Shown here piece after piece: positions 1 to 9,900 of a stretch of DNA of 64,000 bases (within the stretch, counting starts at the first letter, position 1; each line of letters starts with the position of its first letter). Source of the stretch: Minisyncoccota bacterium (GTDB lineage Bacteria > Patescibacteriota > Minisyncoccia > Phycocordibacterales > UBA9973); contig JAQULK010000001.1 in the NCBI GenBank assembly GCA_028718635.1, positions 316,692 to 380,691 on the forward strand. The letters are read 5' to 3'. A program made the position numbers and the translations under genes. The notes under the pieces were generated by a model, which was given only the letters and a program-made list of their open reading frames with translations, ran no database searches and was not told the DNA's origin.

Positions 1-278
1 CGTTTACTCTTTCTGTTCCTTTGATTTTAATCGGGAATGGATTCGGCGCGTTTCTGGTGCGCCAGCTTACCATCGGTAATATTGAAAGAATCAAGAAATA
101 TGTCTATCTAAAAAATGGAGCGATGTATTCTATACTTGTTTTAGGAATAATCATGATATTGCATTCTTTTGGTTATAATATTCCGGAATATACTTCTCCT
201 CTTTGCACTTTTATCATAATCGGATTTTTCTTTTGGAAATCAATCCCGTTAGAAGCCGCGATCGCAATTAAAAAATAA
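1..278 (+). CDS. DUF475/TerC-like membrane protein, 5'-partial; last residues (IPLEAAIA) come from a repeat element
   Basis: Hydrophobic ORF with GNGFGAFLVRQLT...YLKNGAMYSI, recalled as DUF475-type; open to window edge. Confidence 0.6.
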   Translation, partial: FTLSVPLILIGNGFGAFLVRQLTIGNIERIKKYVYLKNGAMYSILVLGIIMILHSFGYNIPEYTSPLCTFIIIGFFFWKSIPLEAAIAIKK

Positions 279-363
279 ACAAAACATGAAGTTAGATATT
301 AAAAAAATTAATAATATAAAACATTAGATAAGCGAGTTGATCGCGATCTGCTTCTAACGGGAT
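243..363 (+). repeat. Family A start-codon-anchored inverted-repeat element, copy 1
   Basis: ATCCCGTTAGAAGCCGCGATC...GATCGCGATCTGCTTCTAACGGGAT; right end overlaps ATG at 362. Confidence 0.9.
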
Positions 364-3300
364 GAAAAATTTGGAAAAAAATTTTAAAGAAGGATATAAC
401 AGACTGAATAAAGCCCAAAAAGAAGCGGTAGATATTATTGATGGGCCGGTGATGGTGGTGGCGGGGCCGGGTACAGGCAAGACTCAGATATTGGCACTGC
501 GGATCGGTAATATTCTTCTTAAAACTGATATTAAGGCGGATGGCATCTTGTGTTTAACTTTTACAAATTCTGCTGTAAAAGCTATGCGCGAGCGTTTGCG
601 TAAATACATCGGGGTTGAGGCTTCAAAGGTAAAGGTTTCTACTTTTCATGGTTTTGGTATGGATATATTAGATAAATATTTCAACATATTAGGGCTTGAT
701 GAAAAACCTGAATTAATGAATGAACGGGATTCCGTGGCTCTCTGTGATGATATTTTGCAAAACAATGATTGGGAATATATTCGTCCGAGAGCCGATGTGT
801 CGCGATATTTCAAGGATTTAAAAGCGATGATTTCTTTCTTAAAACGCGAACGTATAAGCGGAGAGGATTTGAAAAAAGAAATAAACCGAGAAATTGAGAA
901 TATCAAAAGTGATCCTGCGAGTATTTCTTCTCGAGGAGAAAGCAAAGGCAAAATAAAAAAAGAGGTGGAAAAAAAGATCGAAGGACTTCATCGCACAGAA
1001 GAAGCAGTGAAATTTTATGCTCTTTATGAGGAAATAAAAAAAGAAAAGAATTTATTCGACTATGACGATATTTTGGAATCCTTGGTGCATATCGTGGAAG
1101 AATCCGAGGAAGCAAAAAATTATATCAAAGAAAGTTTTCTTTATGTTTTAATAGACGAACATCAGGATTCTAGCGGGGTGCAGAATGAGTTTTTGGAAAA
1201 AGTTTGGCAAGAAGAAGAAAAACCGAATATCTTTGTCGTAGGTGATGACAGGCAATTAATTTACGGTTTCGGAGGGGCATCCTTGCAATATTTTGAGAAT
1301 TTTAAAAATGCTTTTGGCAAAGCAAAATTAATTACCCTAGAAGAAAATTACCGTTCAACTCAAAAGATTTTAGATTCTTCGCATAATTTATTACAGAGTT
1401 CCATTTCTAAAGGAAAATTAAAGAGCAATCACAAAGAAAATCATGCATTACGTTTGATCGAAGCTTATTACCCTAGAGACGAAATTATTTTTTCAGCGTT
1501 GGAAATAAAGGAAAAGTTAAAGTCCGGATATGACTTTAATGATATAGCTATTTTGGTGCCAAAGAATCGCCAAGTGCGAAGCACTGTGGCTATATTAAAA
1601 GACATGGGTATTCCAGTGGCTGGTATGGAGAGTGTTAATTTTTTTGATGTGCCTGAAACTATTTCTTTTTTTAGGATTTTGAAAATAATCGCTAATCCCA
1701 ACAATGGCGACTCTTTAGCTTTATCTTTTTTTGATAAACTGTCTGGAATTTCTCCGCTTCAGGCGCATGAATTTTTAAAAAATAATAAAATGCGCGAGTT
1801 TTCTTTGTTGAATATAGTTGAGGAGAAAAGTGATTTATTTCATGATTCAAACGAAGTAAATATTTGGATTCAAAAATTGAAATCATGGCTTGATTCTTCA
1901 ACAGAACCTTTATATTTCTTTATTCAAAGAGTAGGTACGGAATTCTTGCTTGACACCGCCAAGGATCACCGAGATCTTATGACGAGGATAGAGGTTTTGC
2001 GAACCGTTCTTCATTTAGTTTTGGCGGAGATAGAAAAAAATCCAAAACTGACTTTGGCAGAATTTCTAAGCTTCTTTGGGCGTATAGAAAATTATGGAGA
2101 AAATATACCACTGGCAATATTTACTCCGAATGAGGGGGTGAAAGTTTTGACCTTGCATGGTTCAAAAGGTTTAGAGTTCGACTATGTCTGGATAGCGCAC
2201 ATGGACGAAAAGTCTTTTTCGGGAAGCAAGCGCGAGGGATTTGCTTTGCCCGCGTCCATAAAAGAAAAAATTGAAAAAAAAGATGAAATAGTGATGAAAC
2301 GCGAATTATACGTGGCCATTACTCGCGCGAAGAGATTTTGCACTATTTCTTATGCTTTAAAATCATACACCGGAGGCGATCAAGAGCTTGCGCATATCAT
2401 TGCCGACCTTGAAGATAATTTTGAAAAACAAAGTGCTGAAGAAACAGAAAAAATAATTTTAAAACGCGACAAGCTTGCATACGTAGAAAATAAAATGATA
2501 GCAGAAGAAAGTCTTGATTTGAAAGGTTTGGTGAAGTTGGTTTCTCGGGATTATGAAGACCGCAAAATATCGGTTTCTCTCCTTAATAATTTCTTTGAAT
2601 GTCCATGGAAATGGTATTTTAGGAATTTATTGCAATTGCCAGAATCAAAAAGCGAGAGCTTAGAATTTGGAAATATCGTTCATGGATCTATAGATGCAAT
2701 TTTAAAGCTTGGCAAGAAACCGAGCGAAGAAGAATTAAAAAATATAATTTCACACCAAGTGCGAAAATCAAATTTTGGAAATGATAGGAAGCAAAAAGAA
2801 TTATTCAATCTCGCTTTAAAAATAATTTCGAGGTGGACGAAATCAAGGCTTCCGGAGATAGGCAAAAATAGGGAAAATGAACAGAGTGTTTCTGTCAACG
2901 ACGACAGATTTCCAAATTTGAATATTTATGGAAAGATAGATTTGATAGAAAATCTACCTGCCCGACACGCTGACGCGAGTCATGCGGGCGGGGAAGGGAA
3001 CAACGTTCGCGTTACAGATTTTAAAACTGGAGGTGTTAGAAAAAAATCCGATATTGAAAAGATAAACGAGGAGGGGAGGATGAGTGATTATATGCGCCAA
3101 CTCGCCATGTATTCGTATTTGCTTAATAAGAATCCAAAATGGAAGAAAAATGTAGTAGAGTCAAAGCTTGAATTCGTGGAAGCATCAAACACGAAGGATA
3201 TTTTTTATAGTACCGTAATAAACAAAGAGCAGATCGACCTCTTGATCAACGATATTAAAGATTATGATAATTTAGTTAAAAATGGCAAATGGGTAGATAG

Positions 3301-3376
3301 ACCTTGTAATTTCAAATCTTATGGTAAAACAAATGCAATTTGTGAATACTGTAAAATGGCAGGGATCTATAAATGA
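362..3376 (+). CDS. UvrD/PcrA-family ATP-dependent DNA helicase with C-terminal PD-(D/E)XK nuclease domain
   Basis: AGPGTGKT Walker A, LIDEHQD, VGDDRQLIY, TLHGSKGLEF, YVAITRA; C-terminal CP...GKID...DFKTG...QL..Y and CxxC. Confidence 0.92.
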   Translation: MKNLEKNFKEGYNRLNKAQKEAVDIIDGPVMVVAGPGTGKTQILALRIGNILLKTDIKADGILCLTFTNSAVKAMRERLRKYIGVEASKVKVSTFHGFGMDILDKYFNILGLDEKPELMNERDSVALCDDILQNNDWEYIRPRADVSRYFKDLKAMISFLKRERISGEDLKKEINREIENIKSDPASISSRGESKGKIKKEVEKKIEGLHRTEEAVKFYALYEEIKKEKNLFDYDDILESLVHIVEESEEAKNYIKESFLYVLIDEHQDSSGVQNEFLEKVWQEEEKPNIFVVGDDRQLIYGFGGASLQYFENFKNAFGKAKLITLEENYRSTQKILDSSHNLLQSSISKGKLKSNHKENHALRLIEAYYPRDEIIFSALEIKEKLKSGYDFNDIAILVPKNRQVRSTVAILKDMGIPVAGMESVNFFDVPETISFFRILKIIANPNNGDSLALSFFDKLSGISPLQAHEFLKNNKMREFSLLNIVEEKSDLFHDSNEVNIWIQKLKSWLDSSTEPLYFFIQRVGTEFLLDTAKDHRDLMTRIEVLRTVLHLVLAEIEKNPKLTLAEFLSFFGRIENYGENIPLAIFTPNEGVKVLTLHGSKGLEFDYVWIAHMDEKSFSGSKREGFALPASIKEKIEKKDEIVMKRELYVAITRAKRFCTISYALKSYTGGDQELAHIIADLEDNFEKQSAEETEKIILKRDKLAYVENKMIAEESLDLKGLVKLVSRDYEDRKISVSLLNNFFECPWKWYFRNLLQLPESKSESLEFGNIVHGSIDAILKLGKKPSEEELKNIISHQVRKSNFGNDRKQKELFNLALKIISRWTKSRLPEIGKNRENEQSVSVNDDRFPNLNIYGKIDLIENLPARHADASHAGGEGNNVRVTDFKTGGVRKKSDIEKINEEGRMSDYMRQLAMYSYLLNKNPKWKKNVVESKLEFVEASNTKDIFYSTVINKEQIDLLINDIKDYDNLVKNGKWVDRPCNFKSYGKTNAICEYCKMAGIYK
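2957..2992 (+). repeat. 36-nt CCTGCCC...GCGGG element in frame in the helicase (PARHADASHAGG)
   Basis: GC-rich imperfect palindrome with the same ends and length as the rpoD insert. Confidence 0.75.
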
Positions 3377-3394
3377 TGTGCTATAATATCTTTA

Positions 3395-3505
3395 AATCGC
3401 GAAACATAAACTTTTCTTCGGTACGGAATTTTTGAAGCTTAAAAATTCCTGAAGTTCTCGGCTCGCCAGCCTCGAAACCCCTTCGAAAAGTTATGTTTCG
3501 CGATT
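3395..3505. repeat. Family C 111-bp structured element, copy 1
   Basis: Terminal IR AATCGCGAAACATAA...TTATGTTTCGCGATT, internal hairpin GGAATTTTT-GAAGCTT-AAAAATTCC; homologous to 49356 and 52798. Confidence 0.9.
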
Positions 3506-3536
3506 CACAATATTATAAGTTTAATTTAATTTTTAT

Positions 3537-3776
3537 ATGTCAGACGAAAAAGGAGAAAATTTAGTACACGGTTTTGATATTCATGCAGGTGATCATCAGC
3601 ATGCATTAAGTTATATAGAAAGTCATATGAGTCCAGAACAATTAAAAGATATGGTTCACAGGGCAGAGAGCGGGCATAGCGCTCATTTTATGGTTACTCA
3701 CAATGGAGTACAGTCAAATTTCAAATTAATACATCAAGACGGAAAGTTAGTAATTCATCATGCGCATCACATTTAA
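3537..3776 (+). CDS. Small histidine-rich hypothetical protein (79 aa, 14 His)
   Basis: ORF whose stop overlaps the pheS start (TAATG). Confidence 0.7.
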   Translation: MSDEKGENLVHGFDIHAGDHQHALSYIESHMSPEQLKDMVHRAESGHSAHFMVTHNGVQSNFKLIHQDGKLVIHHAHHI

Positions 3777-4498
3777 TGAACGAGGAAAATAAAAAAGGTA
3801 AAATACACCCGCTTTCAATGTTAGCTGAGGAGGCCTATCAGGCGTTTTCTGAGATGGGCTTTGAAATTGCAACTGGTCCAGAGCTTGAAAGTGATTGGTA
3901 TAATTTTTATGTTTTAAATTTCCCCAAAGATCATCCAGCGTTGGATATGCAAGATACTTTTTGGATTAAGGATCAAAAAGGAAAAGTTTTACGCACACAT
4001 ACGACGACTACCACAGCACGAGCCATAGAACAAGCAGGTAAAGATGGCAGAATGCCTTGCGCCTTTATTTCTGTTGGAAAAGTTTTTCGCAATGAAGCGA
4101 CTGATGCGACTCACGAAATGCAATTTTACCAGATAGATGGAATCATGGTGGGTAATATTGAAGATGGAATTTCTGTTGCGAATTTAAAAGGAGTACTCAC
4201 GAAATTTTATAAAAAGATGTTGGGCGAAAATACTGAGATAGAATTTCGTCCCAGTTTTTTCCCTTTTACTGAGCCTTCGCTTGAAGTTCACGCAAAGTTC
4301 AACGGGAAGTGGCTCGAAATGATGGGTGCTGGAATGGTTCATCCGAATGTGCTTCGTAACTGCGGACTTGACCCTGCAAAAGTGCAAGGATTCGCTTTTG
4401 GTGGAGGTCTCGATCGGATTGCGATGATTAAATGGAACATATCCGATATACGATTTTTTTATCAGGGAGATTTGCGTCTTAATCAATTTTCAAAATAA
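3776..4498 (+). CDS. pheS: Phenylalanine-tRNA ligase alpha subunit lacking the N-terminal coiled coil
   Basis: HPL, HPALDMQDTF, LRTHT, FRNE, FPFTEPS, GAGMVHP, GFAFG motifs. Confidence 0.97.
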   Translation: MNEENKKGKIHPLSMLAEEAYQAFSEMGFEIATGPELESDWYNFYVLNFPKDHPALDMQDTFWIKDQKGKVLRTHTTTTTARAIEQAGKDGRMPCAFISVGKVFRNEATDATHEMQFYQIDGIMVGNIEDGISVANLKGVLTKFYKKMLGENTEIEFRPSFFPFTEPSLEVHAKFNGKWLEMMGAGMVHPNVLRNCGLDPAKVQGFAFGGGLDRIAMIKWNISDIRFFYQGDLRLNQFSK

Positions 4499-4504
4499 AT
4501 TCAG

Positions 4505-6322
4505 ATGAAAATTTCTTATAATTGGCTAAAAAGTTATATTCCTGAAGTATCTAATACAGATAATCTTGTAGATATTTTTAACTATCATCTTTGCGAAGTT
4601 GAAGGCCTAGAGAAAAAAGGTAATGATACTGTTTTTGATATAAATATTTTACCAAATCGCGCGCATGATCTGCTTTCCCATCGGGGCGTTGCTCGCGAGC
4701 TTGCTTCACTTTTAGATATAAAATTTATTGATCCGATTTTAAAATATAAAATTCCCGAATCAAAACCAACTAAATTAATAAAAGAAATCAAAAGCGATAA
4801 ATGCCGCCGTTATATGGGGCGGGTTATTCGCAATGTGAAAGTGGCGCCTTCGTCAGAATGGGTCGTGAAGTATTTGGAATCGATGGGGCAGAGAAGTATA
4901 AATAATATTGTGGATGCCACAAATATTGTGATGTTTGACTGTGGACAGCCGGCGCACGTTTTTGATTTAGAAAAAGTAAAAGATTTGAGATTGCAGGTGC
5001 GATATGCTGAAAACGGAGAGAAAATTACTTTACTTGGCGGAGGAGAAAAAATCATGAATGATACTATGATGGTTATCTCTGATGATAAAGGTAATTCGCT
5101 TGATATTGCTGGTATAAAAGGCGGAACATATGCCGAACTAAATCAAAACACCACGGAGATAATTTTAGAATGTGCGAATTTTGACCCCACGAGTGTCCGC
5201 AAAACTGCTCAAGCATTGAATATTTTTACTGATGCGCGAAAACGTTTTGAAAATGATTTGTCGCCGGAGCTGGCAGAGTATGGAATAAAAGAATTGTCTG
5301 CGCTTATTTATGAAATGTGTCCAAACGCTATATTTGAGGATATCGTGGATATTTATCCGGAAAAACAAAAAGAAAGAAAGCTTTCTTTTTCCGCTGAAAA
5401 AATTTCAAAGATTTTAGGTTTAGATGTATCTATTGAGGAGATAGAGAATATATTAAAGAGATATAATTTTACATATGTAGAAGATGGTGGACGGTTTGAA
5501 ATCGTAGTGCCACCGATGCGTCTTGACCTAGTAATCGAGGAAGATATGGCTGAGGAGATCGGCAGAATTTTGGGTTACGACAAAGTCAAAGCGCAAATGC
5601 CTGAAATTGGTTTTCAACCAAAGCAAAATGAGACTTATTTCAAAATATCTTTTGCGAGAAATAAATTGCTAGAAGAAGGATATTCTGAAGTGATGACAAG
5701 CAGTTTCTGCGATGAGGGAGAGGTGGAGGTCTTGGCTTCTGCTTCTGATAAAAATTTCTTAAGAACGAATCTGACAGATGGATTGAAAGAGAGCTTAAAA
5801 TTAGATCAAGTGAATGCCCCATTGCTTGGAATAGAAAAAGTTAAAATTTTTGAGATTGGAACAATTTTCAAGAAAAGCGGAGAAGAGATGCACGTTGCTT
5901 ACGGAGATAAAAAAAGAATAAAAGAAATGAAATTGAAAGATTTTCTACCACCTCGCCCTTCGGGCACTCCTCTTCAGAAAGGAGGAGAAGAATTTCCTCC
6001 CCGCCTTGATAAGGAGGGGGCAGGGGGTGGTAAATTTAAAATGTGGTCACTGTTTCCTTTTATTGCGCGTGATATCGCTGTCTGGGTGCCGGAAAATGTC
6101 CAGAACCAGGAAGTAGCAAAAATTATAAAAGAAAACGCGGGGGGAATGGTGGTTCGCGGACCGGAACTTTTTGATGAATTTAAAAAGGGAGATAAAATAT
6201 CTTATGCTTTTAGATTAGTTTTTCAATCTTATGAAAGAACTTTGAATGACCAGGAAGTAAACGATATTATGACCAAAATAACTGATAAAATAAAGGAAAA
6301 TGTTGATTGGCAAGTGAGGTAA
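4505..6322 (+). CDS. pheT: Phenylalanine-tRNA ligase beta subunit, reduced
   Basis: MKISYNWL, PNRAHDLLS, NNIVDATN, RDIA, C-terminal anticodon-binding domain; follows pheS. Confidence 0.95.
   Translation: MKISYNWLKSYIPEVSNTDNLVDIFNYHLCEVEGLEKKGNDTVFDINILPNRAHDLLSHRGVARELASLLDIKFIDPILKYKIPESKPTKLIKEIKSDKCRRYMGRVIRNVKVAPSSEWVVKYLESMGQRSINNIVDATNIVMFDCGQPAHVFDLEKVKDLRLQVRYAENGEKITLLGGGEKIMNDTMMVISDDKGNSLDIAGIKGGTYAELNQNTTEIILECANFDPTSVRKTAQALNIFTDARKRFENDLSPELAEYGIKELSALIYEMCPNAIFEDIVDIYPEKQKERKLSFSAEKISKILGLDVSIEEIENILKRYNFTYVEDGGRFEIVVPPMRLDLVIEEDMAEEIGRILGYDKVKAQMPEIGFQPKQNETYFKISFARNKLLEEGYSEVMTSSFCDEGEVEVLASASDKNFLRTNLTDGLKESLKLDQVNAPLLGIEKVKIFEIGTIFKKSGEEMHVAYGDKKRIKEMKLKDFLPPRPSGTPLQKGGEEFPPRLDKEGAGGGKFKMWSLFPFIARDIAVWVPENVQNQEVAKIIKENAGGMVVRGPELFDEFKKGDKISYAFRLVFQSYERTLNDQEVNDIMTKITDKIKENVDWQVR
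5946..6032 (+). repeat. Family E composite hairpin element in frame in pheT (LPPRPSGTPLQKGGEEFPPRLDKEGAGGG)
   Basis: TACCACC...GGTGGTA ends; internal GCCC-TTC-GGGC, CTCCTCTT...AAGGAGGAG and CCTTGATAAGG hairpins. Confidence 0.8.
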
Positions 6323-6328
6323 AATTTC

Positions 6329-6460
6329 CCCCCACACCTATTTTGTTATTGCTTTTTGTTCTGATTTTATTTTATTTCGTATTGTAAATATAAAAGAGAA
6401 TATTAAAATAATAAAAGTATTGTTTTGAAAAGCAGAACGATAACAAAATAGGTGTGGGGG
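6329..6460. repeat. Family B element, copy 1
   Basis: 21-bp perfect IR CCCCCACACCTATTTTGTTAT...ATAACAAAATAGGTGTGGGGG around an AT-rich core. Confidence 0.85.
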
Positions 6461-6478
6461 TTTCTCCACAACTTACCC

Positions 6479-6506
6479 TTGCTTTTTAAAATAATAATGC
6501 TATAGT
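6479..6506 (+). promoter_or_regulatory. Sigma70 promoter, probably leaderless
   Basis: TTGCTT-16-(TG)TATAGT, 6 nt before ATG 6513. Confidence 0.6.
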
Positions 6507-6512
6507 CTGATT

Positions 6513-6602
6513 ATGAAACGAGGAATGCGTCCAAGTAAATATTCTTCAACAAGCACGCTGTTGCTCAGCCTTAAATTTAGAAGGCTGATGTTTGTGCTGT
6601 AA
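6513..6602 (+). CDS. Candidate leader peptide, 29 aa (MKRGMRPSKYSSTSTLLLSLKFRRLMFVL)
   Basis: Short ORF between a promoter and alternative hairpins/terminator. Confidence 0.45.
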   Translation: MKRGMRPSKYSSTSTLLLSLKFRRLMFVL

Positions 6603-6632
6603 AAATCTCCAAAAAATTACAACCCAAAAATG

Positions 6633-6658
6633 AGCCTTCTAACCAAAGGCATTTTTTT
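6633..6658 (+). terminator. Candidate attenuator terminator
   Basis: GCCTT-7nt-AAGGC then A and T7; its 5' arm can instead pair with 6577-6586. Confidence 0.5.
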
Positions 6659-6698
6659 GTTTTTCGAAAACAGAAGAGAAGAAAGGGGGTAGTAAAAG

Positions 6699-6857
6699 AT
6701 GCCAAGCGATGAACGTCATTTTCAAGAATCAAATTCTTATGTGGGGGAAATTTTTCAGGAAACAGCTCCACAAGGAGAGACTACAGTAGAGTGTCCAGTC
6801 GCCACAGCGTGTATTGACTGCGAACACTACAAAAAAGACTGCAAAGCCTGGAAGTAA
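6699..6857 (+). CDS. Small Cys-rich protein, 52 aa, not in the ORF track
   Basis: SD-like AAGGGGGT; MPSDERH...CPVATACIDCEHYKKDCKAWK (C-x5-C-x2-C-x6-C). Confidence 0.5.
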   Translation: MPSDERHFQESNSYVGEIFQETAPQGETTVECPVATACIDCEHYKKDCKAWK

Positions 6858-6878
6858 AAGTGAAGTAATCCATCATCA

Positions 6879-6919
6879 AAAGCCACAACGTCCGAAAGGA
6901 GGAAAAACGTTGTGGCTTT
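6879..6919 (+). terminator. Stem-loop, probable terminator
   Basis: 13-bp IR AAAGCCACAACGT...ACGTTGTGGCTTT. Confidence 0.55.
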
Positions 6920-6979
6920 CGTACTTTTACCCAAAAAATCACTAGCAAAACTAATAATATTTTGCTATAATACATATGT

Positions 6980-9900
6980 ATGGCGAAAGAAAAAGAAGAC
7001 AAAAAAGGTGCCGAAAAAGGGCACCGTTATGATGCCTCTGACATTTCCGTTTTAGAGGGGCTAGAACCCGTCAGGCGCCGTCCTGGCATGTATATCGGCA
7101 CCACGGGGCCCGAAGGATTACACCACTTAATATGGGAGATTTTTGATAATTCACGCGACGAAGCGATGGGTGGTTTTTGTAATGATATTGAAATTGTCCT
7201 TCTTCCCGGCAATCGCATTCGCGTGGCAGACAATGGCCGAGGCATACCGATCGATATTCATAAAAAAACAAAAGTTTCTGCTTTGGAAACTGTGATGACG
7301 ACGCTTCACGCTGGAGGAAAATTCGGAGGGGAAGGATACAAAGTTTCCGGAGGTCTTCATGGAGTCGGCGCTTCTGTCGTAAATGCTCTTTCTATTTATT
7401 GCAAAGCGGAAGTTTATAGGGATGGCGGAAAGTATTACCAAGAATATTCTCAAGGCAAGAAAAAATCTGCAGTTAAGAAGAGCGGTGCTTCGAAACTTCA
7501 TGGTACCATCATTACCTTTGAACCCGATGAAGAAATTTTTGGCAAAATTGTGTTTGATTGGAATACGGTAATGAGCCACATCCGCCAGCAAGCTTATTTG
7601 GTAAAAGGATTAAAAATTTTAATAATTGATGCAAGAGGGTGGGATAATCAGAAGGGCTTAAACGAAGAAGACGTTTTTTATTTTAGAGAATTAGGACTAG
7701 AGTTACCCTCAGTGACTTTTTATTTCGAAGGCGGATTGGTTTCTCTCGTAAAATATTACAATAAACTTCATAAGCCGATTCAAAACCACATTTTTTATGT
7801 TGAAAAAGAATTAGATAAAGTTGGGGTAGAAATAGCTTTACAATATGTAGATGATATTTCAGATAGAATTTTTCCTTTCGCCAATAATATTTACACCGGA
7901 GAAGGCGGAACCCACGTGACTGGTTTTAAAACAGCTCTCACTAGGACACTCAATACTTACTGCAAGAAAAATGAAATGATGAAAGAATCCGAAGGCGGAT
8001 TTACCGGCGATGATGTCCTGGAAGGATTGACGGTGGTTATTTCTGTAAAGCTTCGAGAGATACAATTTGAAGGGCAGACTAAAGGGAAATTGGGCAGTAT
8101 GGAGGCTCAGGGTGCGGTGGCGACAGTTTTCGGCGAAGCTTTTGCAAGCTTCCTAGAAGAAAATCCAGATGATGCCAAAGCAATAATCAACAAGTCAATT
8201 CTAGCTCTAAAAGCGCGTAAGGCAGCAAAGGCAGCCAAGGACTCAATCCTTCGCAAAGGCGCATTGGAGGGGATGACTTTGCCGGGGAAGTTGGCAGACT
8301 GTCAAAGTAAAAATGCCTCTGAATCGGAATTGTTTTTGGTAGAGGGGGATTCGGCAGGAGGATGTTTTTCAGCAGATACTAAGGTCGCTTTAGTTGACGG
8401 CAGAGATATTTCTTTTAAAGAATTAATTTTAGAACACAATCTAGGTAAAACAAATTATTGTTATACGATTCTGGATGATGGAAGTATCGGTATTCAAAAA
8501 ATTCTTAATCCAAGAAGAACAAAAATAAATACTGAGGTTATAAAAGTCATGCTAGACAATGAAGAAGAAATTGTTTGCACTCCAGACCACCTTTTTATGC
8601 TTCGTGATGGTAATTATAAAGCAGCTCAAGATCTCGAATCAAATGATTCATTAATGCCGTTGCGAAAGCAATTTTCTAAAATAGGCAAAAGAATTACAAT
8701 TGAAGACTATGAAATGGTTTATGACGGGAAAGATCATAGGTGGATATTTACTCATTTGCTTTCTGATAATTATAATTTAGAGCAAGGCGTTTATCCAATT
8801 ACTGAAGGTTCACATAGGCATCATAAGGATTTTAATAAAAGAAACAACAATCCTGAGAACATTATTCGTTTAACTAAGGAAGAACACATGGCATTGCATG
8901 CTCTCCTTTATGAAAAAAATTTAAAGAGGCCGGATGTTTTGGAAAAATTAAAGAACATAAGAAACACTCCTTCATATCGGGGAAAGATACGCCAGAAAAT
9001 GCTCTTAATGAGAGATGAGCTTAGCGCTCGCGCTAAAGCCCAATGGGAAAACGAAGAATATAAAAAATACATGGTTCAGAAATTTTTAGATTTTTATGCT
9101 TCCAACGAAGAATATAGAAAAAAAAGCCAAGAAATTTTAAAGATTGCTCAGAAAAAATATTGGTCAAATGAGGCAAATGTAGAAAAACAATCCCAAAAAG
9201 TAAAGAATTTTTTTAAAGCGCACCCTGAATTAAAAAAAGGACTTTCTGTAATAGCTAAAGAACAATGGGCAAACTTTGATTTATTGAAATGGCGAAGCGA
9301 TAAGACTAAAGGGCAATGGACCGAAGAATTCAGAGAAAAAAGAAAAGTTGCTTATGATAAAACCTATTATGAAAATACCATCAAGGTGTTGAGAAGAGTT
9401 TATGATAACAATAAAGAAATTGACGTAAATCTTTTTGAAGAAATAAGAAAGAGAGAAAATAATAAAAATGTTCTTTCTTTTAAAACCTTTGTAAGCAGGT
9501 TTTTTGACGGAAACGAGACTGAATTATCTGAGGCAGTGGAAAATTATAACCATAAAATAAAAAAAATTATCCAGCTTTCAGAAAAAATAGATGTTTATGA
9601 CTTAGAAGTTCCGGGAACTCATAATTTTGCTCTTGCTTCTGGAGTTTTTGTTCATAATAGCGCTAAACAGGGTAGGGATCGCCGTATCCAAGCGATATTG
9701 CCACTCCGAGGTAAAATTTTAAATGTTGAGCGCGCGCGAATAGACAAGATGCTCGCTTCCAAAGAAGTGAAATCTCTCGTTATCGCTATGGGTACTTCTA
9801 TCGGAGATACTTTTGATTTAGAAAAAATGCGTTATCATAAAATAATTATTGCTACCGATGCCGACGTGGACGGTTCGCACATTCGTACTTTATTGCTTAC

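Noticed and set aside
6513-6660. T-box or known riboswitch
   Set aside because: No T-box consensus or aptamer I recognise; kept only as an attenuator candidate
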